Assembly: GCA_964620905.1 (NCBI GenBank)
Contig: CAZUKA010000001.1
Coordinates: forward strand, 222,524 to 286,523
Direction of reading: 5' to 3'
DNA from: an uncultured Gammaproteobacteria bacterium
Lineage (GTDB): Bacteria > Patescibacteriota > Patescibacteriia > S139-126
Length of the DNA stretch: 64,000 nucleotides
Shown in pieces: positions 48,345 to 59,049 of the stretch (within the stretch, counting starts at the first letter, position 1; every line of letters begins with the position of its first letter). Made by a program: the position numbers and the translations under genes. The notes under the pieces were generated by a model. It did no database searches, was not told the origin of the DNA, and saw only the letters and a list, made by a program, of their open reading frames with translations.

Positions 48345-49352
48345 TCAGCGCAAATATTGACGATTGATTGTATGTTCAGTAAAGGTCTTGGCATAATAAG
48401 TTGTGCCATCAGGTGAAGTCAAAAAGAACAAAAAGTCATTTTTTTCTGGATAAACTGCGGCTCTGATAGCTTTTAAACCGGGATTGGAAATTGGTGTAGG
48501 CGGTAAGCCATAATATTTATAAGAATTATAAGGGCTATCAATCGCTAATTCTGCCGCTGATAGACTAGAATTTTTACCTCCAGTTGCATAATTCAAAGTA
48601 CTATCAGCTTGTAAAAGCATACCTTGCTGTAAACGACGTAAGAAAATATCAGCTACTAAACTCATATCTTTTTCCGTTTTTACTTCTTTTTCTAACATTG
48701 ATGCTAATTTAATAACGTCATAAATGCTGCGGTTCTGGGAGACCACTGCCTGTTGTAATTCTTCGCTGAATTTTTGTGAAAAATTAAACAATAACTTATC
48801 AACTATTTGATTTGGGGTGACTTGCGGCAAGAAATGATAAGTATCCGGAAATAAATAACCTTCCAAGGTATTGTCAGGATCTAAATCTTTTAAAAAGTCA
48901 TATTGCTGCTGCCACTGACTAACTTTAATAACATCCAAAAAATCTTGTTCATCAGTTATTACATTTAAATCCAATAGATAAGCGGCCATATCACTACTAG
49001 TCCAGCCCTCAATAAATCGGATAGTCAACTGACTATCAGCTTGAAAAGAGGTTAAAATACCAACCAGATCAATATTATTTTTATTGGCAGGTATAACAAA
49101 ACTGCCAGCAATAAATTTTTTTTCCAAATCTTTATACCAAATATAAGTTTCAAATACAAAACGACTGCGGATAAGATTTTGCTGATATAAACGCTGACTG
49201 ATTTGATGTACCCCATCCCCGGGTTGGACAATAAAAGATTGAGCGGTATTATTGGCCAAGGGCATTTTCAAACAATAAAAAAAAATCGCTATGGCTATCA
49301 CTGGAATTAAAAATAAAACTAAAACAAAATAATATATAAATTTTATATTCAT
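48345..49352 (-). CDS. mltG: Endolytic transglycosylase MltG
   Basis: LEGYLFPDTY, ASMLEKE, LQADST, SPYNSY, GLPPTPISNPG. Confidence 0.94.
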   Translation of the reverse strand: MNIKFIYYFVLVLFLIPVIAIAIFFYCLKMPLANNTAQSFIVQPGDGVHQISQRLYQQNLIRSRFVFETYIWYKDLEKKFIAGSFVIPANKNNIDLVGILTSFQADSQLTIRFIEGWTSSDMAAYLLDLNVITDEQDFLDVIKVSQWQQQYDFLKDLDPDNTLEGYLFPDTYHFLPQVTPNQIVDKLLFNFSQKFSEELQQAVVSQNRSIYDVIKLASMLEKEVKTEKDMSLVADIFLRRLQQGMLLQADSTLNYATGGKNSSLSAAELAIDSPYNSYKYYGLPPTPISNPGLKAIRAAVYPEKNDFLFFLTSPDGTTYYAKTFTEHTINRQYLR

Positions 49353-49354
49353 AG

Positions 49355-50416
49355 CTATAAATACTCGTTTAATTTTTTTTGTTTTAACATATTGACAATT
49401 TCTCGTACTGATTGTGTTTTATTTATATCAGCTACCAGAATTGATCGATCAGTAGTCACAATCACGCAATTTTTTAAACCAATGGTTGTCACCAACTTTC
49501 CTGGTGAGGCAAAAACCACATTCTGCTGACTGGCAACGGACAAATAATTACCCGCAACCCAATTATTTCCTTGTTTATTAAAAAGCTGACTAATCGACTG
49601 CCAACTGCCGATATCACTCCAACCAAAACTGGCTGGCATAACCAATAAATCTTGGTGGGCTTTTTCTAATATCCCATAATCTATGGAAATGCTTTCTAAC
49701 TTTTGGAATATTTTTTTGACTGATGTTTGATCTAATCTTTTCTCAACAATTTTTTGCAAGGTGAAATAATGAATCGGTAAATATTTCCTGTAAAGTTCCA
49801 ACATCTTTTGAATAGAAAAAACAAAAATTGCTGGATTCCATAAATATTTTTTATTACGATGATAAACTCGGGCTTTTTTAATATTTGGTTTCTCCACAAA
49901 ACAGTCCACTTGATAAATATTAGATTTTGCCATGGTTAATACTTTGCGACCCAACTTTATATAGCCGTAACCAGTTTCTGGATATTCAGTCGGCACTCCG
50001 ATTAATAAAATTTTGTCTGGTTGTCTAGTAACTATTCTTTCGGCTAACTTTAAAATACGACCATACTCGCGAGAATCTTTAATAAAATGATCAGAGTTGA
50101 TTGTGGCAACTATGCTTTTTTTATCAGTCAAAAAAATATTATGCAAAGCTAAGCCAATTGCAGCTGCTGTATTGCGAGCCAGCGGCTCAAGAGAATAATT
50201 TTTTATTTCCGGTACATCGCGACGACAAAGGGATTGATGTTGAGTAGCGGTTGCCATCCAAATATCTTTATTCTTAAAAATGCCATCTAACCTTTCGTAA
50301 GTATGACGCAACAATGACTTTTGTTGATAAATTTTTACAAACTGTTTTGGTACCTGGGCACGCGACAACGGCCATAATCTAGTGCCACTACCACCGGCCA
50401 AAATAAGTGCTTTCAT
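49355..50416 (-). CDS. manC: Mannose-1-phosphate guanylyltransferase
   Basis: LAGGSGTRLWPLSR, PKQF, EPLARNTA, SDH, TGYGYI, FVEKP, SIDYGILEK, WSDIGSW. Confidence 0.92.
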   Translation of the reverse strand: MKALILAGGSGTRLWPLSRAQVPKQFVKIYQQKSLLRHTYERLDGIFKNKDIWMATATQHQSLCRRDVPEIKNYSLEPLARNTAAAIGLALHNIFLTDKKSIVATINSDHFIKDSREYGRILKLAERIVTRQPDKILLIGVPTEYPETGYGYIKLGRKVLTMAKSNIYQVDCFVEKPNIKKARVYHRNKKYLWNPAIFVFSIQKMLELYRKYLPIHYFTLQKIVEKRLDQTSVKKIFQKLESISIDYGILEKAHQDLLVMPASFGWSDIGSWQSISQLFNKQGNNWVAGNYLSVASQQNVVFASPGKLVTTIGLKNCVIVTTDRSILVADINKTQSVREIVNMLKQKKLNEYL

Positions 50417-50425
50417 AAAAATGAT

Positions 50426-51055
50426 TTAGTTATCTATCAAGGGCACAAAAATAAAACCTGGAAATTCCTGATATTTAAAATTTTTTTCGCTTTCCCTTTT
50501 GATCAAAAAAATACTTTGCCGATCTTCACCAATTGGCATAACCAAACGACCGCCAACTTTTAACTGACTAAGAATTTTTTTTGGTAAACTCGGAGCGGCT
50601 GCCGCAGCTATAATAGCATCATAAGGTTCAAATGGCGAATAACCATTATAACCATTTGCCCTAATTAATTCCACATTGTCCAAATTATATTTATCCAAAT
50701 TTTGTCGACAAAAATCGACAAGTTCAGGAACTCTTTCCACTGCGATGATTTGTCCATTTTGCCCAACTAACTTTGCCAGTAAGGCAGTTTGCCAACCTGA
50801 TCCAGCTCCGATATCCAATATTTTTTCTCCAACTTTAGGTTGTAATAATTCAAGCATAAAAGCTACCGTGGCTGGCTGAGAAATAGTCTGTCCATAACCA
50901 ATAAGTAAAGGAAAATTGTAATGTGCTTCGTCTTCCAAACCGCGCATAACAAAATCTTTTCTTTTAATGTGTCGAAAAGACGCAATAATTTCTGGCGTTT
51001 TCAAAAAGTCTTCTTTTACCAACTGATCAATTAATGATTGATAGGTATGACTCAT
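50426..51055 (-). CDS. pcm: Protein-L-isoaspartate O-methyltransferase
   Basis: IGYGQTISQP, LDIGAGSGW, PYDAI, FVPLI. Confidence 0.95.
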   Translation of the reverse strand: MSHTYQSLIDQLVKEDFLKTPEIIASFRHIKRKDFVMRGLEDEAHYNFPLLIGYGQTISQPATVAFMLELLQPKVGEKILDIGAGSGWQTALLAKLVGQNGQIIAVERVPELVDFCRQNLDKYNLDNVELIRANGYNGYSPFEPYDAIIAAAAAPSLPKKILSQLKVGGRLVMPIGEDRQSIFLIKRESEKNFKYQEFPGFIFVPLIDN

Positions 51056-51168
51056 AGTTTTATTTTAGCAAATTTAACAACTTTTCAAAACTGCCGTCTT
51101 GATTTTTTCATATAAATATGCTATAATGTATATAGTGGTAAAAATAACCACTTAAAATAAAAACAAAA

Positions 51169-51774
51169 ATGACAGATTTAAAACAAAATATTTCTACATT
51201 TTGGGGTGAAAAAATCACTCTGCAAACAAAAAAATATCTAGTGACTTATTTAGTCGCCAATATATTTTTAGTATTACTATTACAAGTATTCTTCATGGGA
51301 ATGCTTTTTTTTATTCCTGCCAGTGCCCAAATATCTCCTCTATCTCCACTACCCGAATCTGAAAGCCAATTTGTAAATCCAGATAAAATATTAAATTTGG
51401 TAAATAATGTCAGAACCAAATATAATTTACCAATACTTAAAATAAATAATGATTTACAAACAGCTGCCAACTCTAAAGCCAATTATCTAATGACGGAACA
51501 AATTTTTTCCCACTCAGGATTAGTAGGTGAGCCATTTTCCAGTTGGGTAAAATATACGGGTTATGACTATTTACGTGTGGGGGAAAATTTGGCCATATTT
51601 TTTACCAAGGAAGAAAAAATTGTAGCTGCTTGGTTAGCTTCAGAAACACATCGTCAAAATATTTTAAACCCCTATTATACCGAAACTGGCCTTGCTTCGA
51701 TAGCAGGAATATATCATAATCAAGATGCACAAATTGTGGTACAAATTTTTGGCCAACCAAAATATCAAGATTAA
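51169..51774 (+). CDS. CAP (SCP/YkwD-like) domain protein
   Basis: LVNNVR, FSH, GENLA, WLASETHRQNIL, VVQIFG. Confidence 0.88.
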   Translation: MTDLKQNISTFWGEKITLQTKKYLVTYLVANIFLVLLLQVFFMGMLFFIPASAQISPLSPLPESESQFVNPDKILNLVNNVRTKYNLPILKINNDLQTAANSKANYLMTEQIFSHSGLVGEPFSSWVKYTGYDYLRVGENLAIFFTKEEKIVAAWLASETHRQNILNPYYTETGLASIAGIYHNQDAQIVVQIFGQPKYQD

Positions 51775-51783
51775 AACAAAATC

Positions 51784-52212
51784 ATGTCATATAAAATTTT
51801 TATAATCCCTCTCTTGGTTGTTGTTATCGTACAGTTAATCAAAACTTTTTACGATTTAAAAAAGAAAGAATTAAGTTGGAATGTTTTTCTTAATTACGGC
51901 GGTATGCCTTCCGGACACACTGCCCTGGTAGTTTCCACTGCCACCACCATCGGCTTGTTTGATGGGTTCAATTCCCCTATTTTTTTACTTAGTTTAATTT
52001 TGGCAATCCTTACAGTAAGAGATGCGCTAGGATTTAGAATGCAACTATCAGAACATGGAAAAATTATCAATAAGTTAATCAAAGAACTGCCTGACCAAAA
52101 AGAATATGACTATCCCTACTCGCCAGAAAGACTTGGACATACTTTTAATCAAGTTATGGTCGGAGGAATTTTGGGTCTAGTTATAACTTTCATTTTATAT
52201 TATCTAATCTAA
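51784..52212 (+). CDS. Divergent PAP2 family protein (YuiD/DUF212)
   Basis: GGMPSGH, DALGFR, LGHT. Confidence 0.88.
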   Translation: MSYKIFIIPLLVVVIVQLIKTFYDLKKKELSWNVFLNYGGMPSGHTALVVSTATTIGLFDGFNSPIFLLSLILAILTVRDALGFRMQLSEHGKIINKLIKELPDQKEYDYPYSPERLGHTFNQVMVGGILGLVITFILYYLI

Positions 52213-52246
52213 AAATTATTTAAAAAATACCCTGGCAGGATATTTT

Positions 52247-53818
52247 TTAAATTAGAGACTTTCCGGTCATGTCCGAAGGTATGGGTAAATTTAATAAAGT
52301 AAGTATAGTTGGCGCGACATCAGCTAGTACTCCTACTGGGGTGCTCAAATGCAATTCATTTTTGTTGTTTAGTCTACCCTGACCTAACCAGGGTTTACCC
52401 AACAAAATAAATGGAACTGGTGAGGAAGAATGTTCTTTATCTATTTCCCCACTCCTTAATTTTATTAACTCCTCAGCATTGCCATGATCAGCAGTTATCA
52501 GAAGTGCTCCCGCACGAGTTAATACCGCTTCAGAAATTTTACCCAGACATTCATCTACTACCTCAATAGCTGTGATAGTGGCTTTTAAATTGCCAGAGTG
52601 AGCTACCATGTCGGGTGGGGCAAAATTTACTAAAATAAACATATAACCACCTTGATTAATGGCCTCAATCACTTTTTTTGTTACTTCATAAGCTGACATC
52701 TCGGGTTTTTTATCATAACTGGAAATTTTTGGCGAAGGAACCATAATATGTTCTTCGCCATCAAAAGGTTTTTCTATACCACCATTAAAAAAAAATGTAA
52801 CATGAGCATATTTTTCTGTTTCAGCAATATGAATTTGTCGACCGCCATTTTCGGAAATAACTTTTGCCAAGGGCATCGAAACTACTTCTGGAGGAAAAGC
52901 AATCGCAACTGGTAAATCTTTTTCATACTCGGTCATAGTAGTAAAAAATATATTTTGACACACTTTAGACCTAGTAAATCCAGTAAAATCAGTTTGGACA
53001 AAAGCTTTGGTCATTTCTCGAGCCCGATCGCTACGAAAATTAAAATAAATTATCGCATCGTTATTAGAAATCAAAACTGGTTGATTTTTTTGATCTAATA
53101 TAACAGTCGGTTCAAATTCTTCATCAAAAACGCCTCGCTGATATGATTCCTCTACTGCCCGTAGCGGATCAGAAGAACTATATTTTGCCTCGCCCAGCAC
53201 CATTGCCCGATAAGTAAGTTCAATCCGCTCCCAACGATTATCGCGATCCATAGCATAAAACCTTCCCGAAATTGTAGCGATTCTGCCTAAATTAATATTT
53301 TGCAATACTTTTTGCAACGCTGAAATATAAGATAAACCACTATTTTTTGCTGTATCTCGACCATCAAGAAAAGCATGTACATAAACCTGTTTGACCTTAT
53401 ATAATTTAGCCGTTTCCAATAAAGCAAATAGATGTTCAATATAACTATGAACTCCGCCATCAGATACTAAGCCCATGATATGCAAATTTGAATCATGCTT
53501 TTTGGTATGGTTAAAAGCATCTAAGAATGCTTGATTTTTTATAAAACTACCATCCGAAATTGATCTGGTGATGCGAGGTAAATTTTGATATAAAATCTTT
53601 CCCGAACCCAATGATAGATGTCCTACTTCCGAGTTACCCATTTCACCCCAAGGTAAACCAACCGATTCGCCTGAAGCTTGTAAATTAAAAGTGGGATAAT
53701 TTACCAAAAAATTATCATAGTTTGGAGTTTTGGCTAGTGAAATAGCATTACCAATTGACGGCGGAGCAACTCCCCAACCATCCAAAACAACTAAAACTAC
53801 GGGACTAATTTTATTCAT
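52247..53818 (-). CDS. gpmI: 2,3-BPG-independent phosphoglycerate mutase (copy 2)
   Basis: LDGWG, GNSEVGH, DGRD, GRFYAMDRD, NFRSDRAR, ETEKYAHVT, DMVAH, TADHGN. Confidence 0.95.
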   Translation of the reverse strand: MNKISPVVLVVLDGWGVAPPSIGNAISLAKTPNYDNFLVNYPTFNLQASGESVGLPWGEMGNSEVGHLSLGSGKILYQNLPRITRSISDGSFIKNQAFLDAFNHTKKHDSNLHIMGLVSDGGVHSYIEHLFALLETAKLYKVKQVYVHAFLDGRDTAKNSGLSYISALQKVLQNINLGRIATISGRFYAMDRDNRWERIELTYRAMVLGEAKYSSSDPLRAVEESYQRGVFDEEFEPTVILDQKNQPVLISNNDAIIYFNFRSDRAREMTKAFVQTDFTGFTRSKVCQNIFFTTMTEYEKDLPVAIAFPPEVVSMPLAKVISENGGRQIHIAETEKYAHVTFFFNGGIEKPFDGEEHIMVPSPKISSYDKKPEMSAYEVTKKVIEAINQGGYMFILVNFAPPDMVAHSGNLKATITAIEVVDECLGKISEAVLTRAGALLITADHGNAEELIKLRSGEIDKEHSSSPVPFILLGKPWLGQGRLNNKNELHLSTPVGVLADVAPTILTLLNLPIPSDMTGKSLI

Positions 53819-55403
53819 GGTTATTGATATTTAATAAATTTCGACCAGTCATTTCTCTGGTTTTTGGAACATTCATAACCGATAAAATAGTCGGGGCAAC
53901 ATCAGCTAAACGACCGGTGGGTAATTTATGTATCTGAGATAATACTTGTTCTGAAATAATATAAAAAGGTACTGGGTTGCTTGAGTGTTCCGTATCAATT
54001 TCTCCTGTTTCAACATTTATTATTTCTTCCACATTACCATGATCAGCTGTAATGAATACAGTACCATTTTTAGCTAAAACTTCTTTGACAATTAAACCGA
54101 TATTCTTATCAACACATTCAATTGCTTTGACCGCTGCTCCCAAATTACCGGTATGGCCAATCATATCAGGGTTGGCAAAATTTATTCCGTAAAAATCATA
54201 TTTATCGTTTTTTATATTTTCTAAAACAATTGTTGTGATTTCATCGGCTGACATTTCGGGTACCTGATCATAACGATCGACGTTTGGTGAAGGAACAAAA
54301 ACACGATCCTCACCACCCACTGGATGATCGTGACCACCATTAAAAAAATAAGTGATATGAGCATACTTCTCTCCCTCGGCAATATAAAGCTGTTTTAGCT
54401 GCCGCAGAGCAAAAGGTAAAGAGCCATCAATATTTGCTGAGGGATAAGCTGTTAGAACATGGTCAAGATCTGGACCAAAATCGGTCATTGCCACAAAAAC
54501 AATATTTTTCAAAAATTTTTTTCTCAAAAAAGATCCAGGATTTTTTTTCTCAAAATCTTTTTGTACAAAAGGCTTAGTAAGTTGTCGGGCTCGGTCAGAA
54601 CGTAAATTATAAAAAATAACCGCATCATTATCTTTAATACGTCCATAAAACGGATCGTTGTTTAAACTAATAATTGTTGGGCTAATAAATTCATCCGTCT
54701 CACCGTTGGAATAAGCCTCCTTAATTGCTTTTTCAGGTTTAATAACCATTTTACCTTTACCTAAAACCAAACTGTCATAAGCAGTCATGGTTTTGTCCCA
54801 ATTTTTTTTCCGGTCCAAATAAACTCTGCCCATGATAGTAACGATTCTTTGATTGGGTTGAAGTGATTCTTCCAAATTGCGTAAAAAACCAAGACCAGCA
54901 TGTTTAGGTGTGTCACGTCCATCAGTAAATAAATGTAAATATACTTCTTGTCTTAAATTTTGCCGACGAATTATTTCCAATAAAGCCTGCAAGTGTGTGG
55001 GATTTACATGACCGGAATTTCTATCTGACAACAGACCTAATAAATGCAAATTACCACCGGTTTTTTGTACATGCGAAATAGCTGCAATAAAAGCTGAATT
55101 TTTAAAAAAAGTACCATCGTGGATGCTGTGATTAATTATTGAAACATCCTGACCAACCACCCGACCGGCACCTATATTCATGTGTCCGGCCTCACTATTT
55201 CCATCTTGATTGGGCATCAATCCCACATCTTCACCAGCAGCCGAAAGTGAAGTATAATAATACTTTTCGCGTAAACTACTCAAAATGGGAGTAGCGGCCA
55301 TTTCGACTGGATTATCAGGTTGATCATTGGCGATACCTAAACCATCTATCACAATCAAAACATAAGGTGTTTTTGTTTTTTTACCGTTAGCTAACTGATT
55401 CAT
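53811..55403 (-). CDS. gpmI: 2,3-BPG-independent phosphoglycerate mutase (copy 1)
   Basis: IDGLG, GNSEAGH, TDGRD, RSDRARQ, EGEKYAHIT, NPDMIGHTG, TADHGN. Confidence 0.93.
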   Translation of the reverse strand: MNQLANGKKTKTPYVLIVIDGLGIANDQPDNPVEMAATPILSSLREKYYYTSLSAAGEDVGLMPNQDGNSEAGHMNIGAGRVVGQDVSIINHSIHDGTFFKNSAFIAAISHVQKTGGNLHLLGLLSDRNSGHVNPTHLQALLEIIRRQNLRQEVYLHLFTDGRDTPKHAGLGFLRNLEESLQPNQRIVTIMGRVYLDRKKNWDKTMTAYDSLVLGKGKMVIKPEKAIKEAYSNGETDEFISPTIISLNNDPFYGRIKDNDAVIFYNLRSDRARQLTKPFVQKDFEKKNPGSFLRKKFLKNIVFVAMTDFGPDLDHVLTAYPSANIDGSLPFALRQLKQLYIAEGEKYAHITYFFNGGHDHPVGGEDRVFVPSPNVDRYDQVPEMSADEITTIVLENIKNDKYDFYGINFANPDMIGHTGNLGAAVKAIECVDKNIGLIVKEVLAKNGTVFITADHGNVEEIINVETGEIDTEHSSNPVPFYIISEQVLSQIHKLPTGRLADVAPTILSVMNVPKTREMTGRNLLNINNHE

Positions 55404-55485
55404 AATATTTGAAAAAGGAGCCTAATTTTACTCCTTGGAATTATTAAATATATTTTAACACATTTTAACAGTATGGTAATAAACC

Positions 55486-56724
55486 TCATTTTACTTGTTC
55501 TATTTTCAGTAAACGATTATATTTTGCCAATCTTTCAAAACGAGCCGGGGCACCACTTTTTATATATTCAGCTCCGACCGCTACTGCCAAATCAGCTATA
55601 AAATCATCAGCGGTTTCACCGCTCCGGTGAGAGACAACTATTTGGTATTTATTCTTTTGTGCAGTAATAATAGTTTGCATCGTTTCTGATACCGTGCCAA
55701 TTTGATTTGGTTTAATCAAAATAGTATTGGCAACTCCCAGTTCAATACCACGTTGTAATCGCTCTTGATTGGTGACAAAAAGATCATCTCCAACCAACAA
55801 AAGTCTTTGACCTAATCGTTTAGTCAAAATTTGCCAATTGGACCAATCATCTTCAGCTAATCCATCTTCCACCAAAAGCAATTGATATTTTTTTATCCAG
55901 CTTTGATAAAGCTTTATTAATTTTTCAGCATCTATATTTTTACCTTCAAATTCATATTTTTCACCATTGAAAAATTCCGAAGCGGCAACATCTATAGCTA
56001 ATTTTACTTCGTGACCAAAATCATAACCCGCCCGCTTAATTGCTTCAACCAACAACTGCAAAGCGACTTCACTGTTTTTCAATTTTGGGGCAAAACCACC
56101 TTCATCCCCCAAACCAGTTGAAAGATTTTTCTGACGTAATATTTTTTTTAACTCATGATAAATCTCCGAACCAGCCTGTAAACGTTTAGTAAAAGTTGAT
56201 AACTGGGGTACAATCATAAACTCCTGGATAGCTAGACCATTATCAGCGTGCCGCCCACCGTTTAAAACATTGAACATTGGATAGGGTAAGCGTGTTGATT
56301 TTTTAAAACCGTAAATCCGACGTAAGTATTCATACAAAGGTAATTTAAAATAAAAAGCACAAGCTCTGATATAAGCCAACGACACTGCTAAAATAGCATT
56401 GGCTCCGAGGAATTTTTTTGCTATGGTACCATCCAAAGCACAAAGATTATAGTCCAGATCAATAGGATCAGAAAAAGCTTTATTAATTAATTCCGATGCA
56501 ATAATCTTGTCAATATTAGCAACTGCTCTTTTTACACCTAAACCCTGATATCTTTTTCCGCCATCGCGTAACTCATGAGCTTCATGACGACCGGTAGAAG
56601 CACCGGATGGCACCAAGGCGGTTGCTTTAATACCAGAATTTAGTTCGATCAAAGCAGCCACAGTGGGATTGCCCCGTGAATCAAGTATCTCCAGTCCGCG
56701 TAATTTTTTTATTTTTGGTGTCAT
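55486..56724 (-). CDS. eno: Enolase
   Basis: EILDSRGNPTV, VPSGASTG, GDEGGFAP, VGDDLFVTN, SHRSGET. Confidence 0.97.
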   Translation of the reverse strand: MTPKIKKLRGLEILDSRGNPTVAALIELNSGIKATALVPSGASTGRHEAHELRDGGKRYQGLGVKRAVANIDKIIASELINKAFSDPIDLDYNLCALDGTIAKKFLGANAILAVSLAYIRACAFYFKLPLYEYLRRIYGFKKSTRLPYPMFNVLNGGRHADNGLAIQEFMIVPQLSTFTKRLQAGSEIYHELKKILRQKNLSTGLGDEGGFAPKLKNSEVALQLLVEAIKRAGYDFGHEVKLAIDVAASEFFNGEKYEFEGKNIDAEKLIKLYQSWIKKYQLLLVEDGLAEDDWSNWQILTKRLGQRLLLVGDDLFVTNQERLQRGIELGVANTILIKPNQIGTVSETMQTIITAQKNKYQIVVSHRSGETADDFIADLAVAVGAEYIKSGAPARFERLAKYNRLLKIEQVK

Positions 56725-57230
56725 CTTAATACTTTTATAATATCATCGGTATTATATTGATTTGGGCCTACACCGTCAGGGCCAAATGATCCAATCACCG
56801 CCACTACTTGGCAACTGCTACCGCCAGCACAAGGTTCATCATCTTCATTAATATAATAATCAGTATCAAAAAAATAATCATTTCCCCAGGCATCTGTTGG
56901 TATGCTGACTAAATATGGTCCTTGCCAGCCAAAATAATTGCCATCGGTGGCAACCAAACCAGCAGCTGGGGTAGATAAATCCCAAATTTCATTACCATTG
57001 CCTTGATTTATCTCTTCAGCGGTCTGATGCCCTGGCCATTCTCCAGTATCAATCATCAACTGACTAAAGGTTTTATATAAAGTATCAATTTCACTTTGCG
57101 CTTTGGCAATTTTAGCTTTTTCTCTGGCTGATTTAACTGACGCCACGGTGATGGTTGCTAAAGTACCAATAATAGCAATGACGACTAAAACTTCTATTAG
57201 AGTAAAGCCTTTTTTATTTATTTTTCTCAT
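56721..57230 (-). CDS. Type IV pilin / GspG-like pseudopilin
   Basis: Class III signal KKG|FTLIE plus a hydrophobic helix, and a GspG-type WQGPYL...TDAWGNDY motif. Confidence 0.88.
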   Translation of the reverse strand: MRKINKKGFTLIEVLVVIAIIGTLATITVASVKSAREKAKIAKAQSEIDTLYKTFSQLMIDTGEWPGHQTAEEINQGNGNEIWDLSTPAAGLVATDGNYFGWQGPYLVSIPTDAWGNDYFFDTDYYINEDDEPCAGGSSCQVVAVIGSFGPDGVGPNQYNTDDIIKVLR

Positions 57231-58420
57231 CTAATTACTAAAGGTTTAATACCTGGCAAATTTTCACTCTCAAGAAATTTAATCATCGCTCCACCGCCAG
57301 TTGAAACATAATCAAAATTTTCAAAAATATTCATATCTTGCAATAACCAAACCGTTTCTCCCCCACCAACCACGCTAAAACATTTACTTTTTGATCGCGC
57401 GGCAATTAATTCGGCTAAAGCGCGGCTGGCATGACTGGCGGTTCTATTTTCCACTATTCCCAATGTGCCATTCCAGACTATTGTTTTAGCTTGTTTGATA
57501 ACTGCTGACCATTGCCTTACTGTATTAGTTCCAATATCAATAATTTTTTCTCCTGCTAGTACAGCTGAAACATCTTTTTGCCAAGTCTCCAATTTTTTTG
57601 TTCTGACATTGTCAACGGTTACATCAACTGGAACCAATAATTTCTTGTGGTAACGTTTTAAAATTTTTCGACAAACCGGTAAATAATCCTTTTCCACAAT
57701 TGATTTGCCTATTTGGTTGCCTTGGGCTAACAAAAAATTATTTGCTAATCCCCCACCCAGCAACACCCAATCGGAAATTTTTAAAAATTTTTCCACCAAT
57801 TCAATTTTAGTACTGATTTTAGATCCACCTAAAATAGTCAAAAGCGGCCGCTGAGGTTTGGTCATAAGTTTCTCCAGGGCTTTAACTTCTGCCGCCAACA
57901 ACCAACCGGCATAAGCAGGTAAAAATTTTGTAATACCAACCATTGAGGCGGTTTCGCGGTGGCTGGAAGCAAAAGCATCATTAACATATATATCAGCCAA
58001 CGAGGCTAAATATTTGGCAAATGTTTTATCATTTCTATCTTCTCCCGGAAAAAAACGTAAATTTTCCAATACTACTATTTGGCTGTTTTTTAAATTGTTG
58101 ATTTTTTTTTCTAATTTTCTAAAATCTTTTTCATACCATAATGGCAAAGGCCGTCCAAGTAAAGAAATTAGACGTTTGACTACCGGTTGCAAAGACAAAT
58201 TTTTAACATATTTCCCCTGGGGTCTACCTAAATGAGAAAGTAAAATAATAATTGCTCCCTGGTCAGATAAATATTTAATAGTTGGTAAAATCCTCTGCAA
58301 TTTAAAATCCTCTTTACAATCTACTAAATTGTCAGAACCAATTTTGACATTCATGTCGACCCGGAGTAATACTTTTTTTCCTTTCCAGGTTTTATTTTTA
58401 TCAATGGTTTTCAGGTGCAT
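57227..58420 (-). CDS. pgk: Phosphoglycerate kinase
   Basis: RVDMNV, SHLGRP, LENLRF, NDAFASSHR, GGSKISTK, STGGGA. Confidence 0.95.
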   Translation of the reverse strand: MHLKTIDKNKTWKGKKVLLRVDMNVKIGSDNLVDCKEDFKLQRILPTIKYLSDQGAIIILLSHLGRPQGKYVKNLSLQPVVKRLISLLGRPLPLWYEKDFRKLEKKINNLKNSQIVVLENLRFFPGEDRNDKTFAKYLASLADIYVNDAFASSHRETASMVGITKFLPAYAGWLLAAEVKALEKLMTKPQRPLLTILGGSKISTKIELVEKFLKISDWVLLGGGLANNFLLAQGNQIGKSIVEKDYLPVCRKILKRYHKKLLVPVDVTVDNVRTKKLETWQKDVSAVLAGEKIIDIGTNTVRQWSAVIKQAKTIVWNGTLGIVENRTASHASRALAELIAARSKSKCFSVVGGGETVWLLQDMNIFENFDYVSTGGGAMIKFLESENLPGIKPLVIR

Positions 58421-58466
58421 AAACTTATCTGCATTTTAACATATTTATTTGATTTTTTCTATATTT

Positions 58467-58985
58467 TTAAAAATGATAAATAAAAATTGGCAAATGGTTA
58501 TTATCCGGTTTATCAATTTGTGTTGGTTGGAGATCGTGAAATTTAAACGCTTGAGATATAAGAATTGTCCCAGGAACAACTTCCTGCCTGATTTTAGTGG
58601 CTAAACGATTTTTTATGCTACGCGGATAACCATAAACAAAAATTACATCAAAATCATGCAAATTTAGCTTAAATAGATCCTGATAATACAATTTAATATT
58701 TGTTAAACCGGTCAGTTTTATTCGGCACCAAGCAAAAATAAACAAAGGTAGAGCAATTTCTACACCAATAAATTGACCAGTTGGATTTTTTCTAGCCAGA
58801 TAAATTAATAAGCCAGCTGTGCCACAACCTAAATCAATAAATTTCTTGTTTTGAATATTAATCAAGCCATTGATCCGTTGATAATCTTTGGTGCTGGTTG
58901 GCACCCAAGGCGCCAATGAAGTCGCTCCCCGTACAAATCCGTAAACTACAGCTATTAATATCAATAAATATATTATTTCCCACAT
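58467..58985 (-). CDS. Class I SAM-dependent methyltransferase with an N-terminal TM
   Basis: APWVPT, DLGCGTA, GVEI. Confidence 0.82.
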   Translation of the reverse strand: MWEIIYLLILIAVVYGFVRGATSLAPWVPTSTKDYQRINGLINIQNKKFIDLGCGTAGLLIYLARKNPTGQFIGVEIALPLFIFAWCRIKLTGLTNIKLYYQDLFKLNLHDFDVIFVYGYPRSIKNRLATKIRQEVVPGTILISQAFKFHDLQPTQIDKPDNNHLPIFIYHF

Positions 58986-59019
58986 ATAACTTTATTAATC
59001 ATATCCTGATTTAACAAAT

Positions 59020-59044
59020 AAAAAAAGGGCACGGATTGTGCCCT
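59020..59044 (-). terminator. Intrinsic terminator
   Basis: Minus strand AGGGCAC-AATCC-GTGCCCT followed by a T run. Confidence 0.75.
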
Positions 59045-59049
59045 AATAT

